A stretch of 64,000 nucleotides of DNA from IMG/VR virus record IMGVR_UViG_3300037295_000263, positions 152,705-216,704 of that record. One strand, written 5' to 3'. The position numbers were made by a program, and so were the translations under genes. This DNA is from a virus. Lineage: Duplodnaviria; Caudoviricetes. A model generated the notes under the pieces. It was not told the DNA's origin and searched no databases. It was given only the letters and a program-made list of their open reading frames with translations. This document shows, one piece after another, positions 28,001-34,368 of the stretch. Within the stretch, counting starts at the first letter, position 1; each line of letters starts with the position of its first letter.

Positions 28001-29083
28001 TTAAAACGCATCGAAGTAATTGCCGTACTGCGGTGCTTTTACTTTGTCTAACACCACAGTAAATCCTTCTTGATTTGTAAACACAAAATTTCCAGTCTGA
28101 CTGTCAATTTTAACTAAGTCTATAGAATGAAATCTAGCGGCTAACCATTCGCGATCACCATCTTCGTCAAGTGTTTTTCCATGATAGTCGATTCGAACAA
28201 CACCTTGCAACGGATTGCCACTCCAACGTTGTGAATCTAAATCATCGCCCGACATTTCTTCACCATGGTGAATTAATTTAACATTATAATGATTGCCATC
28301 ATCAAATTCTGCTTTAACGTTGAGCATGCGTAGTGCATCCTGCGGACCTTCGTTGTAGCGATTCATTTCTTCAACTACGGCTTTTAACATGTCAAAGTTA
28401 AACTGTTTAAATAAAGAAGCGATTTGACACAGCTTGTCAATATGAATTTTAAGTTGATCTTTCAAGTTGTCGTTACAGTATTCTGTGATAAACTCAGCGT
28501 CAAGACCTTTGTAATCCAGCATGTAAAACAGTCGTCCAGGGCGGTTACGCATGTGTTGGTTAACACGCCATTTGTCATTACATGTCAGCACAAACAGCTT
28601 CTGGCTAGAAAACACACCGTCTAATAGAGTTAGTGCTTTTTCTTGATCCTCGTCGTCGTACACTTTTTCAAATTCGTCAAACAGCACAACACATGGCTGT
28701 TCGATAGTCTGCATAAAAGTATTAAACTTGTCACCACACCACGGAGCATTGATTACAATGCAAGGAATACTGTGTCGATCAGCAGCCACAACTGCTAAAT
28801 TCTTAGCCAATAAACTTTTTCCAGAACCTTTCTCACCAGCTAACATAACGCCTGTGCTGTTGCTACGACTCAGGAACGTGGTGAGTATACGATCTGTATT
28901 TTTATCAAGATCGCCGTACCGCTTGCCTTTGATTTCAAACGAGTCAATATGTTCAAGATACAATGGGCCGTCCATGGGTCTTTCTTTAACAACATAGTTG
29001 CCTGCTGGCAAAAGGTCGTGGATATCAACTTCTTCGTTTGAAGCTACGCTATATGTGTTGCCTGATTTGATAAAATATGACAC
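28001..29083 (-). CDS. AAA+ ATPase
   Basis: GEKGSGKS Walker A, VLFDEFEK Walker B, RNRPGR. Confidence 0.9.
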   Translation of the reverse strand: MSYFIKSGNTYSVASNEEVDIHDLLPAGNYVVKERPMDGPLYLEHIDSFEIKGKRYGDLDKNTDRILTTFLSRSNSTGVMLAGEKGSGKSLLAKNLAVVAADRHSIPCIVINAPWCGDKFNTFMQTIEQPCVVLFDEFEKVYDDEDQEKALTLLDGVFSSQKLFVLTCNDKWRVNQHMRNRPGRLFYMLDYKGLDAEFITEYCNDNLKDQLKIHIDKLCQIASLFKQFNFDMLKAVVEEMNRYNEGPQDALRMLNVKAEFDDGNHYNVKLIHHGEEMSGDDLDSQRWSGNPLQGVVRIDYHGKTLDEDGDREWLAARFHSIDLVKIDSQTGNFVFTNQEGFTVVLDKVKAPQYGNYFDAF

Positions 29084-29112
29084 GTGTGTCCTTAGTGTGT
29101 GAGTATTAGTTA

Positions 29113-29141
29113 ATTATAACAAATTTGTTGATTACTGTCAA
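29113..29141 (-). promoter_or_regulatory. sigma70-type promoter
   Basis: TTGACA-17-TATAAT. Confidence 0.8.
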
Positions 29142-29773
29142 TCCTTTCGTTTAACATAATTAAGTCGAGACATGTTATTGGCTTGGTGTTTTTTAATTTT
29201 GCCAGTAATAACAACTTTTTCATCAGCTTGATATTTTTCTTTAGTAAAAAATGTTACATAGTGACTGTCCACCCATCCGCCTACAGCATATTTTCCGTAA
29301 AATTCAACCCATTCGGATTTAGTAACATTTAAGGTGCCACCTACTTTGTCTCCGCGGTCACCACTAATAGGACTAGTGTATAATAATTCACGGTTTAAAT
29401 TAATGCTAATGCGTTCTTCTCTAGCTATTTTAGGTAAACAGCTAACTATTGAAATTTCAGTAGTATCTGAACCAGTAAACTCGTTTATGTTGCACGTCTT
29501 AACAACCATTTTTTCAAACCCAGATAACGAACGTTTTAGCATAGTTAATAAATAACAATTAAAATGTTTCCTGTAATCTTGGCCTGCTTCTACTTCTTCT
29601 GGAGTAGCTTCTATATTTTCTATTAACCATTTTTTTAATAAAATCTTGTTGGCTATTTTGTCTTCTGTTTCGGTATGTATGGAGATTTTACAATACCCAT
29701 CATTAAGCGTATCGGCTCTAACAGCAAGCCCCCATACTTGATCAGCTGAATATGTCATTCTGTAGTGTCCCAT
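29138..29773 (-). CDS. Hypothetical protein with C-terminal OB-like part (likely start MTYSA at 29758)
   Basis: 211-aa ORF; KVVITGKIKKH..SRLNYVK. Confidence 0.65.
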   Translation of the reverse strand: MGHYRMTYSADQVWGLAVRADTLNDGYCKISIHTETEDKIANKILLKKWLIENIEATPEEVEAGQDYRKHFNCYLLTMLKRSLSGFEKMVVKTCNINEFTGSDTTEISIVSCLPKIAREERISINLNRELLYTSPISGDRGDKVGGTLNVTKSEWVEFYGKYAVGGWVDSHYVTFFTKEKYQADEKVVITGKIKKHQANNMSRLNYVKRKD

Positions 29774-29922
29774 ACAAGTTTAGCAGCAACGCAAGCCATC
29801 AAAAACAATCCAAGTATACAAATGAAAAGACTAGGAAATATATCGGCTCCGTTATCCAGAGCTCCTACACCTCCATACACCATTAATAGCCCGACAATAA
29901 AACAAAATGTAGATAAATTCAT
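29755..29922 (-). CDS. Small two-TM membrane protein (55 aa, not in ORF track)
   Basis: MNLSTFCFIVGLLMVYGGVGALDNGADIFPSLFICILGLFLMACVAAKLVWDTTE; AGGAG RBS. Confidence 0.6.
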   Translation of the reverse strand: MNLSTFCFIVGLLMVYGGVGALDNGADIFPSLFICILGLFLMACVAAKLVWDTTE

Positions 29923-29992
29923 TTCTGCTCCTAGTGTGTATAGTTTTAGTAGTTGTCATTGTAGCGCAGATATTTTCAAGTGTCAAACGTTT

Positions 29993-30181
29993 TTAAATAT
30001 TATTATCGAGAGTACTGTCTGCCCGTTTAAGCCCTGATAAACTGCAGGCTCCTCAGTAGCTGTGCGGCCCACCACAGGCCATCTCCAAATTGAAGACATA
30101 GGTACAAGGATCGTATTCGCTTTAGACAGTTAAGCTGTTGGTTAAACACTTTACTCCCGGACTCTCGATAATAATATTTAA
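29993..30181. ncRNA. Candidate ~190-nt structured RNA closed by a 21-bp perfect stem
   Basis: 29993-30013 is the exact reverse complement of 30161-30181; inner helix ACTGTCT 30014-30020 / AGACAGT 30124-30130. Confidence 0.5.
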
Positions 30182-30213
30182 CACTGTTTACTTAGATTCT
30201 AAGTAAACAGTGT
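30181..30213. repeat. Perfect 33-bp palindrome (16-bp arms, 1-nt centre)
   Basis: ACACTGTTTACTTAGA-T-TCTAAGTAAACAGTGT. Confidence 0.9.
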
Positions 30214-30335
30214 CTGCACTAACGTTACGACGTCGGCAATATTTCTCGAACTTGATATCCATATTTTTTAATAACGTGGTTAGGTTGTTGTGACGCTTTC
30301 ATTATAATATTATCGTTAGTTAATGTTATGCTGTA

Positions 30336-30364
30336 ATTATACACAAGATACTACACAGTGTCAA
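30336..30364 (-). promoter_or_regulatory. sigma70-type promoter
   Basis: TTGACA-17-TATAAT with extended TG. Confidence 0.8.
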
Positions 30365-30379
30365 CTGTTTAAAAATCGG

Positions 30380-30467
30380 CGGAAGGCTAGAGAGTCGAAC
30401 TCTAAAGGCGCTATTAACACTCGGCTGTTTTCAAGACAGATCCCATCACCAGTTGGGTTGGCCTTCC
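30380..30467 (-). tRNA. tRNA-Ser(TGA)
   Basis: GGAAGGC acceptor, loop CTTGAAA, long variable arm, GTTCGAC T-loop; no encoded CCA. Confidence 0.88.
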
Positions 30468-30474
30468 TTTACTT

Positions 30475-30550
30475 TGGAGTACATGACAGGAATCGAACCT
30501 GCATACACAGGATTTGCAATCCTGTCCCTAGCCTTTCGGGTCACATGTAC
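30475..30550 (-). tRNA. tRNA-Cys(GCA)
   Basis: GTACATG/CATGTAC acceptor, loop TTGCAAA, CCA end. Confidence 0.9.
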
Positions 30551-30557
30551 ATTGTTT

Positions 30558-30633
30558 TGGCATCCCCGGAAGGCCTCGAACCTTCAACCTCTGGTTTTGG
30601 AGACCAGCACTCTGCCAATTGAGCTACGGAGAT
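30558..30633 (-). tRNA. tRNA-Trp(CCA)
   Basis: AGCTCAATTGGCAGAGT D-arm, loop CTCCAAA, CCA end. Confidence 0.92.
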
Positions 30634-30639
30634 ATTGAT

Positions 30640-30700
30640 TGGTACAGCGTACGGAATTCGAACTCTCAAATACACCTTGGCAAGGTGTCAGGCGTGATAA
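30640..30700 (-). pseudogene. Broken tRNA-Gly(GCC)-like remnant
   Basis: Anticodon arm ACACC-TTGCCAA-GGTGT, TTCGAAT and CCA present; T-stem unpaired and 5' acceptor/D-arm missing. Confidence 0.6.
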
Positions 30701-30742
30701 CGATTGTGGGTTTAGTATAGCTGTTCATGATATTTCCTGTAG

Positions 30743-30843
30743 GTTATATTAAAGCACACAGTGTTTTGAGGTATTTAAACTATGCCATTGGGGTTACCAA
30801 ATTCACGAGATTCCCGTCTCGATCCTATGTGCTTTAATATAAC
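30743..30843. repeat. 16-bp inverted-repeat cassette between tRNAs
   Basis: GTTATATTAAAGCACA 30743-30758 / TGTGCTTTAATATAAC 30828-30843. Confidence 0.85.
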
Positions 30844-30884
30844 AATAATTGTACTAGGTTAACGTTGACTTGTCAACTATGTTG

Positions 30885-30960
30885 TGGTATCTCCAACCGG
30901 ATTTGAACCGGTGTGGTTCCCGTGAAAGGGGAAAATCCTAGGCCGCTAGATGATGGAGAT
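30885..30960 (-). tRNA. tRNA-Glu(TTC)
   Basis: ATCTCCA/TGGAGAT acceptor, loop CTTTCAC, GTTCAAATCC, CCA. Confidence 0.9.
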
Positions 30961-31058
30961 AATTGTTGGCTCCAAATATTAGCTTGGAACCTAGTAGACA
31001 TAAATTATGAAAATTAAAACAACTAGTTAATGAGTACGATAAGAAATAATACACTCTG

Positions 31059-31139
31059 CTCCGCCTCGAGGATTCGAACCTCGCCCTTTCGGATCTCCGG
31101 TTAACAGCCGGGTGCCTTCGCCTAGCCAGCCCAAGCGGA
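31059..31139 (-). tRNA. tRNA-Asn(GTT) with an unusually long variable arm
   Basis: TCCGCTT/AGGCGGA acceptor, loop CTGTTAA, variable region GATCCGAAAGGG, no CCA. Confidence 0.8.
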
Positions 31140-31530
31140 GCACAGTATACTGCATCGAAATAAACTTTACTTCTATTAATTATCTTGTTAAACAAGATAA
31201 AACTAATTCTTACGGTTTTACACAAGACAGGATAACCGAAAACTTGTCATATTTCCTTACGGACTTGTTTCTATTTAATTCCATTAATTATGTTGTTTCG
31301 TTATGGAACAGGCCCAACCCCGTTCATTTGCTTTTAACAAACTATGCTTACATACAGGATGATCAATCCAATCTCGTCATAGTTTAACTCGTGTACCTTG
31401 ATAGTCGACATCCAGTACAGTGAGAGTGCATTATGATATACGCCCAATTTTCCAAAACAACATAATTAATGCAATTTATCTTTAGATGAATTAAAAAATA
31501 AAATTAAAATCTGGAATCAAAAGTACATCG

Positions 31531-31603
31531 AGCGGCGTATCGGGCTTGAACCGATGACCTCTAACTTGGAAGGATAGCGTTCTACCAACTGAACTAACGC
31601 CGC
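31531..31603 (-). tRNA. tRNA-Gly(TCC)
   Basis: GCGGCGT/ACGCCGC acceptor, GTTCAGTTGGTAGAAC, loop CTTCCAA; no CCA. Confidence 0.88.
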
Positions 31604-31657
31604 TCGATGTACTCTGTTACCATTAAACTAATCCCGCATATTAATTACTATACACTA

Positions 31658-31686
31658 ATTATAAACTACTTGTTACTGTTTGTCAA
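31658..31686 (-). promoter_or_regulatory. sigma70-type promoter
   Basis: TTGACA-17-TATAAT. Confidence 0.8.
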
Positions 31687-31870
31687 CCTATTTACTACAT
31701 AAAGATTATTTAAAATGGTATCTTGTTCCCGTCCTTCGGGCCAATGTGTTGGGCTTTATTGCTCTCTACCTATTCAGCCATTCCCACCGTCGAGAGTCAG
31801 TGGGAAACATCTTAACACACCATCTGATAAAATACTAGCACTTGTAAACAAGCTCTTATCAGCAGTCAGT

Positions 31871-31959
31871 TACCATAGTAAAACATATTGTGTGCTTGCG
31901 CCCTTACTTCCAGTTCTCTGAGTTGAGTTCTTTACGTCACAATATGTTTTACTATGGTA
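31871..31959. repeat. 22-bp inverted-repeat cassette
   Basis: TACCATAGTAAAACATATTGTG 31871-31892 / CACAATATGTTTTACTATGGTA 31938-31959. Confidence 0.9.
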
Positions 31960-31961
31960 TA

Positions 31962-32057
31962 TAAGTAGTGTGGGATTCGAACCCACGGACATAATAAACA
32001 TGTATCAGCGAATTGACATTGTCAAAAGGCCGTCTTAATCCACTCGACCAACTACTC
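31962..32057 (-). tRNA. Aberrant class-II (Ser/Leu-like body) tRNA-like gene without a canonical anticodon loop
   Basis: GAGTAGT/ACTACTT acceptor, GTCGAGTGGATTAAGAC D-arm, GTGGG-TTCGAAT-CCCAC T-arm; anticodon arm expanded around TTGAC-AAT-GTCAA. Confidence 0.6.
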
Positions 32058-32062
32058 ATGTA

Positions 32063-32138
32063 CCATATTGAAACACACTACTTACGTCTTCGTGTAGAAC
32101 CAAATAACACGATATTTGGCTAATGTGTTCTAATATGG
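32063..32138. repeat. Near-perfect 15-bp inverted-repeat cassette
   Basis: CCATATTGAAACACA / TGTGTTCTAATATGG. Confidence 0.75.
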
Positions 32139-32154
32139 CGTGTACCATATACTA

Positions 32155-32183
32155 ATTATAAACTACTTTTTATATCTTGTCAA
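32155..32183 (-). promoter_or_regulatory. sigma70-type promoter
   Basis: TTGACA-17-TATAAT. Confidence 0.8.
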
Positions 32184-32200
32184 CTATAATTTAATGCATT

Positions 32201-32292
32201 TGGCGGAACGGGTGAGATTCGAACTCACGGTACGTAATAAAACGTACGACAGGTTAGCAACCTGCTGCCTTAGGCCACTCAGCCACCGTTCC
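32201..32292 (-). tRNA. tRNA-Ser(GCT)
   Basis: GGAACGG acceptor, GCTGAGTGGCCTAAGGC, loop TTGCTAA, long variable arm, CCA. Confidence 0.93.
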
Positions 32293-32503
32293 GTAAAATA
32301 TAATTATACTGTATATTTTATACAATGTCAAATTTTATAATTGACACATGCTTATTTCCGTACAAAGCTTTTGCATGTTTGATAGCTTCTTTACGATCTG
32401 CCACATGTACAATTCTACGATCTAATGCTTGTCCCATAGGAGAAATTACGTATTTGTAAAGTTGCTTTGATTCGTTCATAGTGTTTCCTTGTAAAATAGA
32501 ATT

Positions 32504-32532
32504 ATTATAAACTATTTGTTGCCGTTTGTCAA
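32504..32532 (-). promoter_or_regulatory. sigma70-type promoter
   Basis: TTGACA-17-TATAAT. Confidence 0.8.
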
Positions 32533-32537
32533 ATTGT

Positions 32538-32610
32538 TTTTAATATAGCAGTCGCTACTGGGCATTGTAACTCCGCCCATATTACAGTTAGTTGGACTGC
32601 TATATTAAAA
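32538..32610. repeat. 16-bp inverted-repeat cassette
   Basis: TTTTAATATAGCAGTC 32538-32553 / GACTGCTATATTAAAA 32595-32610. Confidence 0.85.
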
Positions 32611-32616
32611 CAAACT

Positions 32617-32692
32617 TGGTGCCGCCACGAGGATTCGAACCCCGGACATCTTCATTACAAGTGAAACACTCTACCAACTGAGCTATGGCGGC
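32617..32692 (-). tRNA. tRNA-Thr(TGT)
   Basis: GCCGCCA acceptor, AGCTCAGTTGGTAGAG, loop CTTGTAA, CCA. Confidence 0.95.
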
Positions 32693-32758
32693 AATACTGT
32701 ACAATTTTTACTACACTGTTATTGTAACACTAAAAACTTTACGTGTCAACTACTTGTT

Positions 32759-32832
32759 TGGTGGAGAATAAGAGAATCGAACTCTTAATTTCGGCATGCA
32801 AAGCCAACGTTATCCCATTTAACTAATTCCCC
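32759..32832 (-). tRNA. tRNA-Ala(TGC)
   Basis: GGGGAAT acceptor with G3:U70, loop TTTGCAT, CCA. Confidence 0.92.
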
Positions 32833-32837
32833 ATAAC

Positions 32838-32917
32838 TGGTCTCTTGTGTAGGATTCCAACCTACGTTATTCTTGGTCCCAAACCAAGTGCCATTGAGCA
32901 GACTAGGCGAACAAGAG
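32838..32917 (-). tRNA. tRNA-Pro(TGG), with non-consensus D- and T-loop bases
   Basis: CTCTTGT/ACAAGAG acceptor, loop TTTGGGA, T-loop TTGGAAT, CCA. Confidence 0.8.
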
Positions 32918-32923
32918 TAAAAC

Positions 32924-32998
32924 TGGCGACTCGTGCCGGAATCGAACCGGCGTAATAGGATAGACAATCCCACGTAATAACCTCTATACGAACGAGCC
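32924..32998 (-). tRNA. tRNA-Asp(GTC)
   Basis: GGCTCGT acceptor, loop TTGTCTA, GTTCGATTCC, CCA. Confidence 0.9.
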
Positions 32999-33007
32999 TT
33001 AAATTGT

Positions 33008-33090
33008 TGGTGGAGTATACTGGAATTGAACCAGTCGTGCCTAAGGCAGCGGAAGGCCTTCCACTGCATCACCATTGATGCTTCTACTCC
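33008..33090 (-). tRNA. tRNA-Tyr-like body with anticodon loop replaced by a 6-nt palindrome (AGGCCT)
   Basis: GGAGTAG/ATACTCC-A-CCA, GCATCAATGGTGATGC D-arm, long variable arm; anticodon arm GTGGA-AGGCCT-TCCGC. Confidence 0.7.
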
Positions 33091-33143
33091 GTAATTTTAA
33101 CACACTCTTTAGAATGTGTGTACTAAAGCAGACTAAAATGAGT

Positions 33144-33593
33144 TTATTTTAAAGGAAAGTAATCTTGGTTTGAAAATTTACTAACTAAGCTAGTTTGTCG
33201 ATTTTGTCGAGCAGGTTGTCCAGTTCCACTCTCGTCGTGGGTAAAAACACCATAAAGTCTAATTATATGCGGATTGTTACCTGATATAGAATAAAATATA
33301 CTAATATCGACAGTAAGTTTCGAATGCCGTATATTAGACCATATATTTTTGTTTTTAAACCCTTCGTCTTTTCCGTAAGGACTAGTTGGATTTTGTGATT
33401 TAAATATTAGAAATTGTTCCAAGTTATTTTTAACTTGTACATTATCTCTTTTGTCTAACAATGATTTCTTGTACAGTTCACTAATTTCGAATACAACTTC
33501 AGGTGCTGGATTAGCTACAGGCAAAGGAATCGATGGTGTTTTCTTCTTTGACGCTTCGTTAATGATATCGATATATTTACGCAAAATGCTCAT
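33144..33593 (-). CDS. Putative RelE/YafQ-like endoribonuclease toxin
   Basis: IRHSKLTVDISIFYSI..IIRLYGVFTHDE resembles the YafQ H..L..D...IY.......L...G.H core. Confidence 0.5.
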   Translation of the reverse strand: MSILRKYIDIINEASKKKTPSIPLPVANPAPEVVFEISELYKKSLLDKRDNVQVKNNLEQFLIFKSQNPTSPYGKDEGFKNKNIWSNIRHSKLTVDISIFYSISGNNPHIIRLYGVFTHDESGTGQPARQNRQTSLVSKFSNQDYFPLK

Positions 33594-33769
33594 TTTAATA
33601 AAGATTCGTTTAATGATAGAAGCTGCGATAGAGATAAGATTTCTGTCTTGGCATTGCGCGATTCTAAAATAATATTGCTCAGATCTTCCGTTGAAAAATT
33701 TGTATTATTTTCCAAGTTAGTTTGTTCACAAATTATTTTGATTTCTTTAGGTAACAAGTTAGTAGTCAT
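33590..33769 (-). CDS. Small acidic protein, putative antitoxin (MTTNLL start)
   Basis: 59 aa, upstream of and overlapping (ATGA) the toxin-like gene; own promoter. Confidence 0.4.
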   Translation of the reverse strand: MTTNLLPKEIKIICEQTNLENNTNFSTEDLSNIILESRNAKTEILSLSQLLSLNESLLK

Positions 33770-33806
33770 AATATTATTTATCCTGTAAGTTGCTATATTA
33801 GTCAAC

Positions 33807-33835
33807 ATTATAACAAACTTTATCAAGTATGTCAA
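33807..33835 (-). promoter_or_regulatory. sigma70-type promoter
   Basis: TTGACA-17-TATAAT. Confidence 0.8.
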
Positions 33836-33971
33836 GTAGCAATAATCTGCTTTAATACGCTGTAGTTTTTCACACCACAAAAGGTGTTTTCATCGTACAG
33901 GCCGCCCATTTAAAACTTTTATAGTGGTTTAAGGATCTCGTTTCCTATATCACTTTAGTGCTGCGCTAATG

Positions 33972-34000
33972 AAAAACTCCAGGGTTTTTATTCCTGGAGT
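33972..34000 (-). terminator. Rho-independent terminator
   Basis: ACTCCAGG-loop-CCTGGAGT followed by TTTT on minus strand. Confidence 0.75.
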
Positions 34001-34027
34001 CTTTTAAAGTTACAGTATTTTGTATTT

Positions 34028-34177
34028 CTACACAACACCTACCTCTCCAGACTCCGTCTTAATCCCCTCTGGTGTACAATCATTACTATTAAATTCGCAT
34101 ACCTGCCAAGGGGTGGACATTGTGCCCGCCGGATTAGCGTTAACATGCGATTGATAACTGTAATTCTGTACTAACAT
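34028..34177 (-). CDS. 49-aa peptide with own promoter and terminator (not in ORF track)
   Basis: MLVQNYSYQSHVNANPAGTMSTPWQVCEFNSNDCTPEGIKTESGEVGVV; AAGGA RBS; TTGACA-17-TAAAAT at 34204-34232. Confidence 0.55.
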   Translation of the reverse strand: MLVQNYSYQSHVNANPAGTMSTPWQVCEFNSNDCTPEGIKTESGEVGVV

Positions 34178-34203
34178 AAGTTTTTCCTTTTATTCTATAA
34201 CTA

Positions 34204-34232
34204 ATTTTACTATCTTTTATTTATGCTGTCAA
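34204..34232 (-). promoter_or_regulatory. sigma70-type promoter (overlapping CATAAATA)
   Basis: TTGACA-17-TAAAAT. Confidence 0.65.
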
Positions 34233-34276
34233 TCATTTTATTACTTTAATAGAGAATTCGTTCCACTGTCCGTACA

Positions 34277-34342
34277 TTAGTGGTTCGATTTTGATTTTGA
34301 CCATTCCCAACCGGATGTGTGCTGAGTTGTTTCTGATTTCAT
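34277..34342 (-). CDS. 21-aa candidate RiPP precursor (darobactin-like WEWSKSK); overlaps an alternative 42-aa ORF at 34233-34361
   Basis: MKSETTQHTSGWEWSKSKSNH, AAGGA 5 nt before ATG, 26 nt downstream of the radical SAM stop. Confidence 0.3.
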   Translation of the reverse strand: MKSETTQHTSGWEWSKSKSNH

Positions 34343-34368
34343 ACCAGTCCTTTTTATGCATTATAATA

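Noticed and set aside
29993-30181. Assignment as RNase P fragment, twister or HDV/theta ribozyme
   Set aside because: Only loose resemblance (GAGAGTCCGGG); the required catalytic core could not be laid out by eye, so it is kept as an unclassified candidate.
31150-31470. Minus-strand protein-like frame broken by several stops (..VLENWAIS*CTLTVLDVDYQGTRVKL*RDWIDHPVC..)
   Set aside because: Possibly a decayed gene or homing endonuclease remnant, but no motif supports a call.
30743-32610. Possible CRISPR array (repeated arms with variable inserts)
   Set aside because: The repeats are inverted and differ between units, spacing is irregular, and there is no cas gene in the window.
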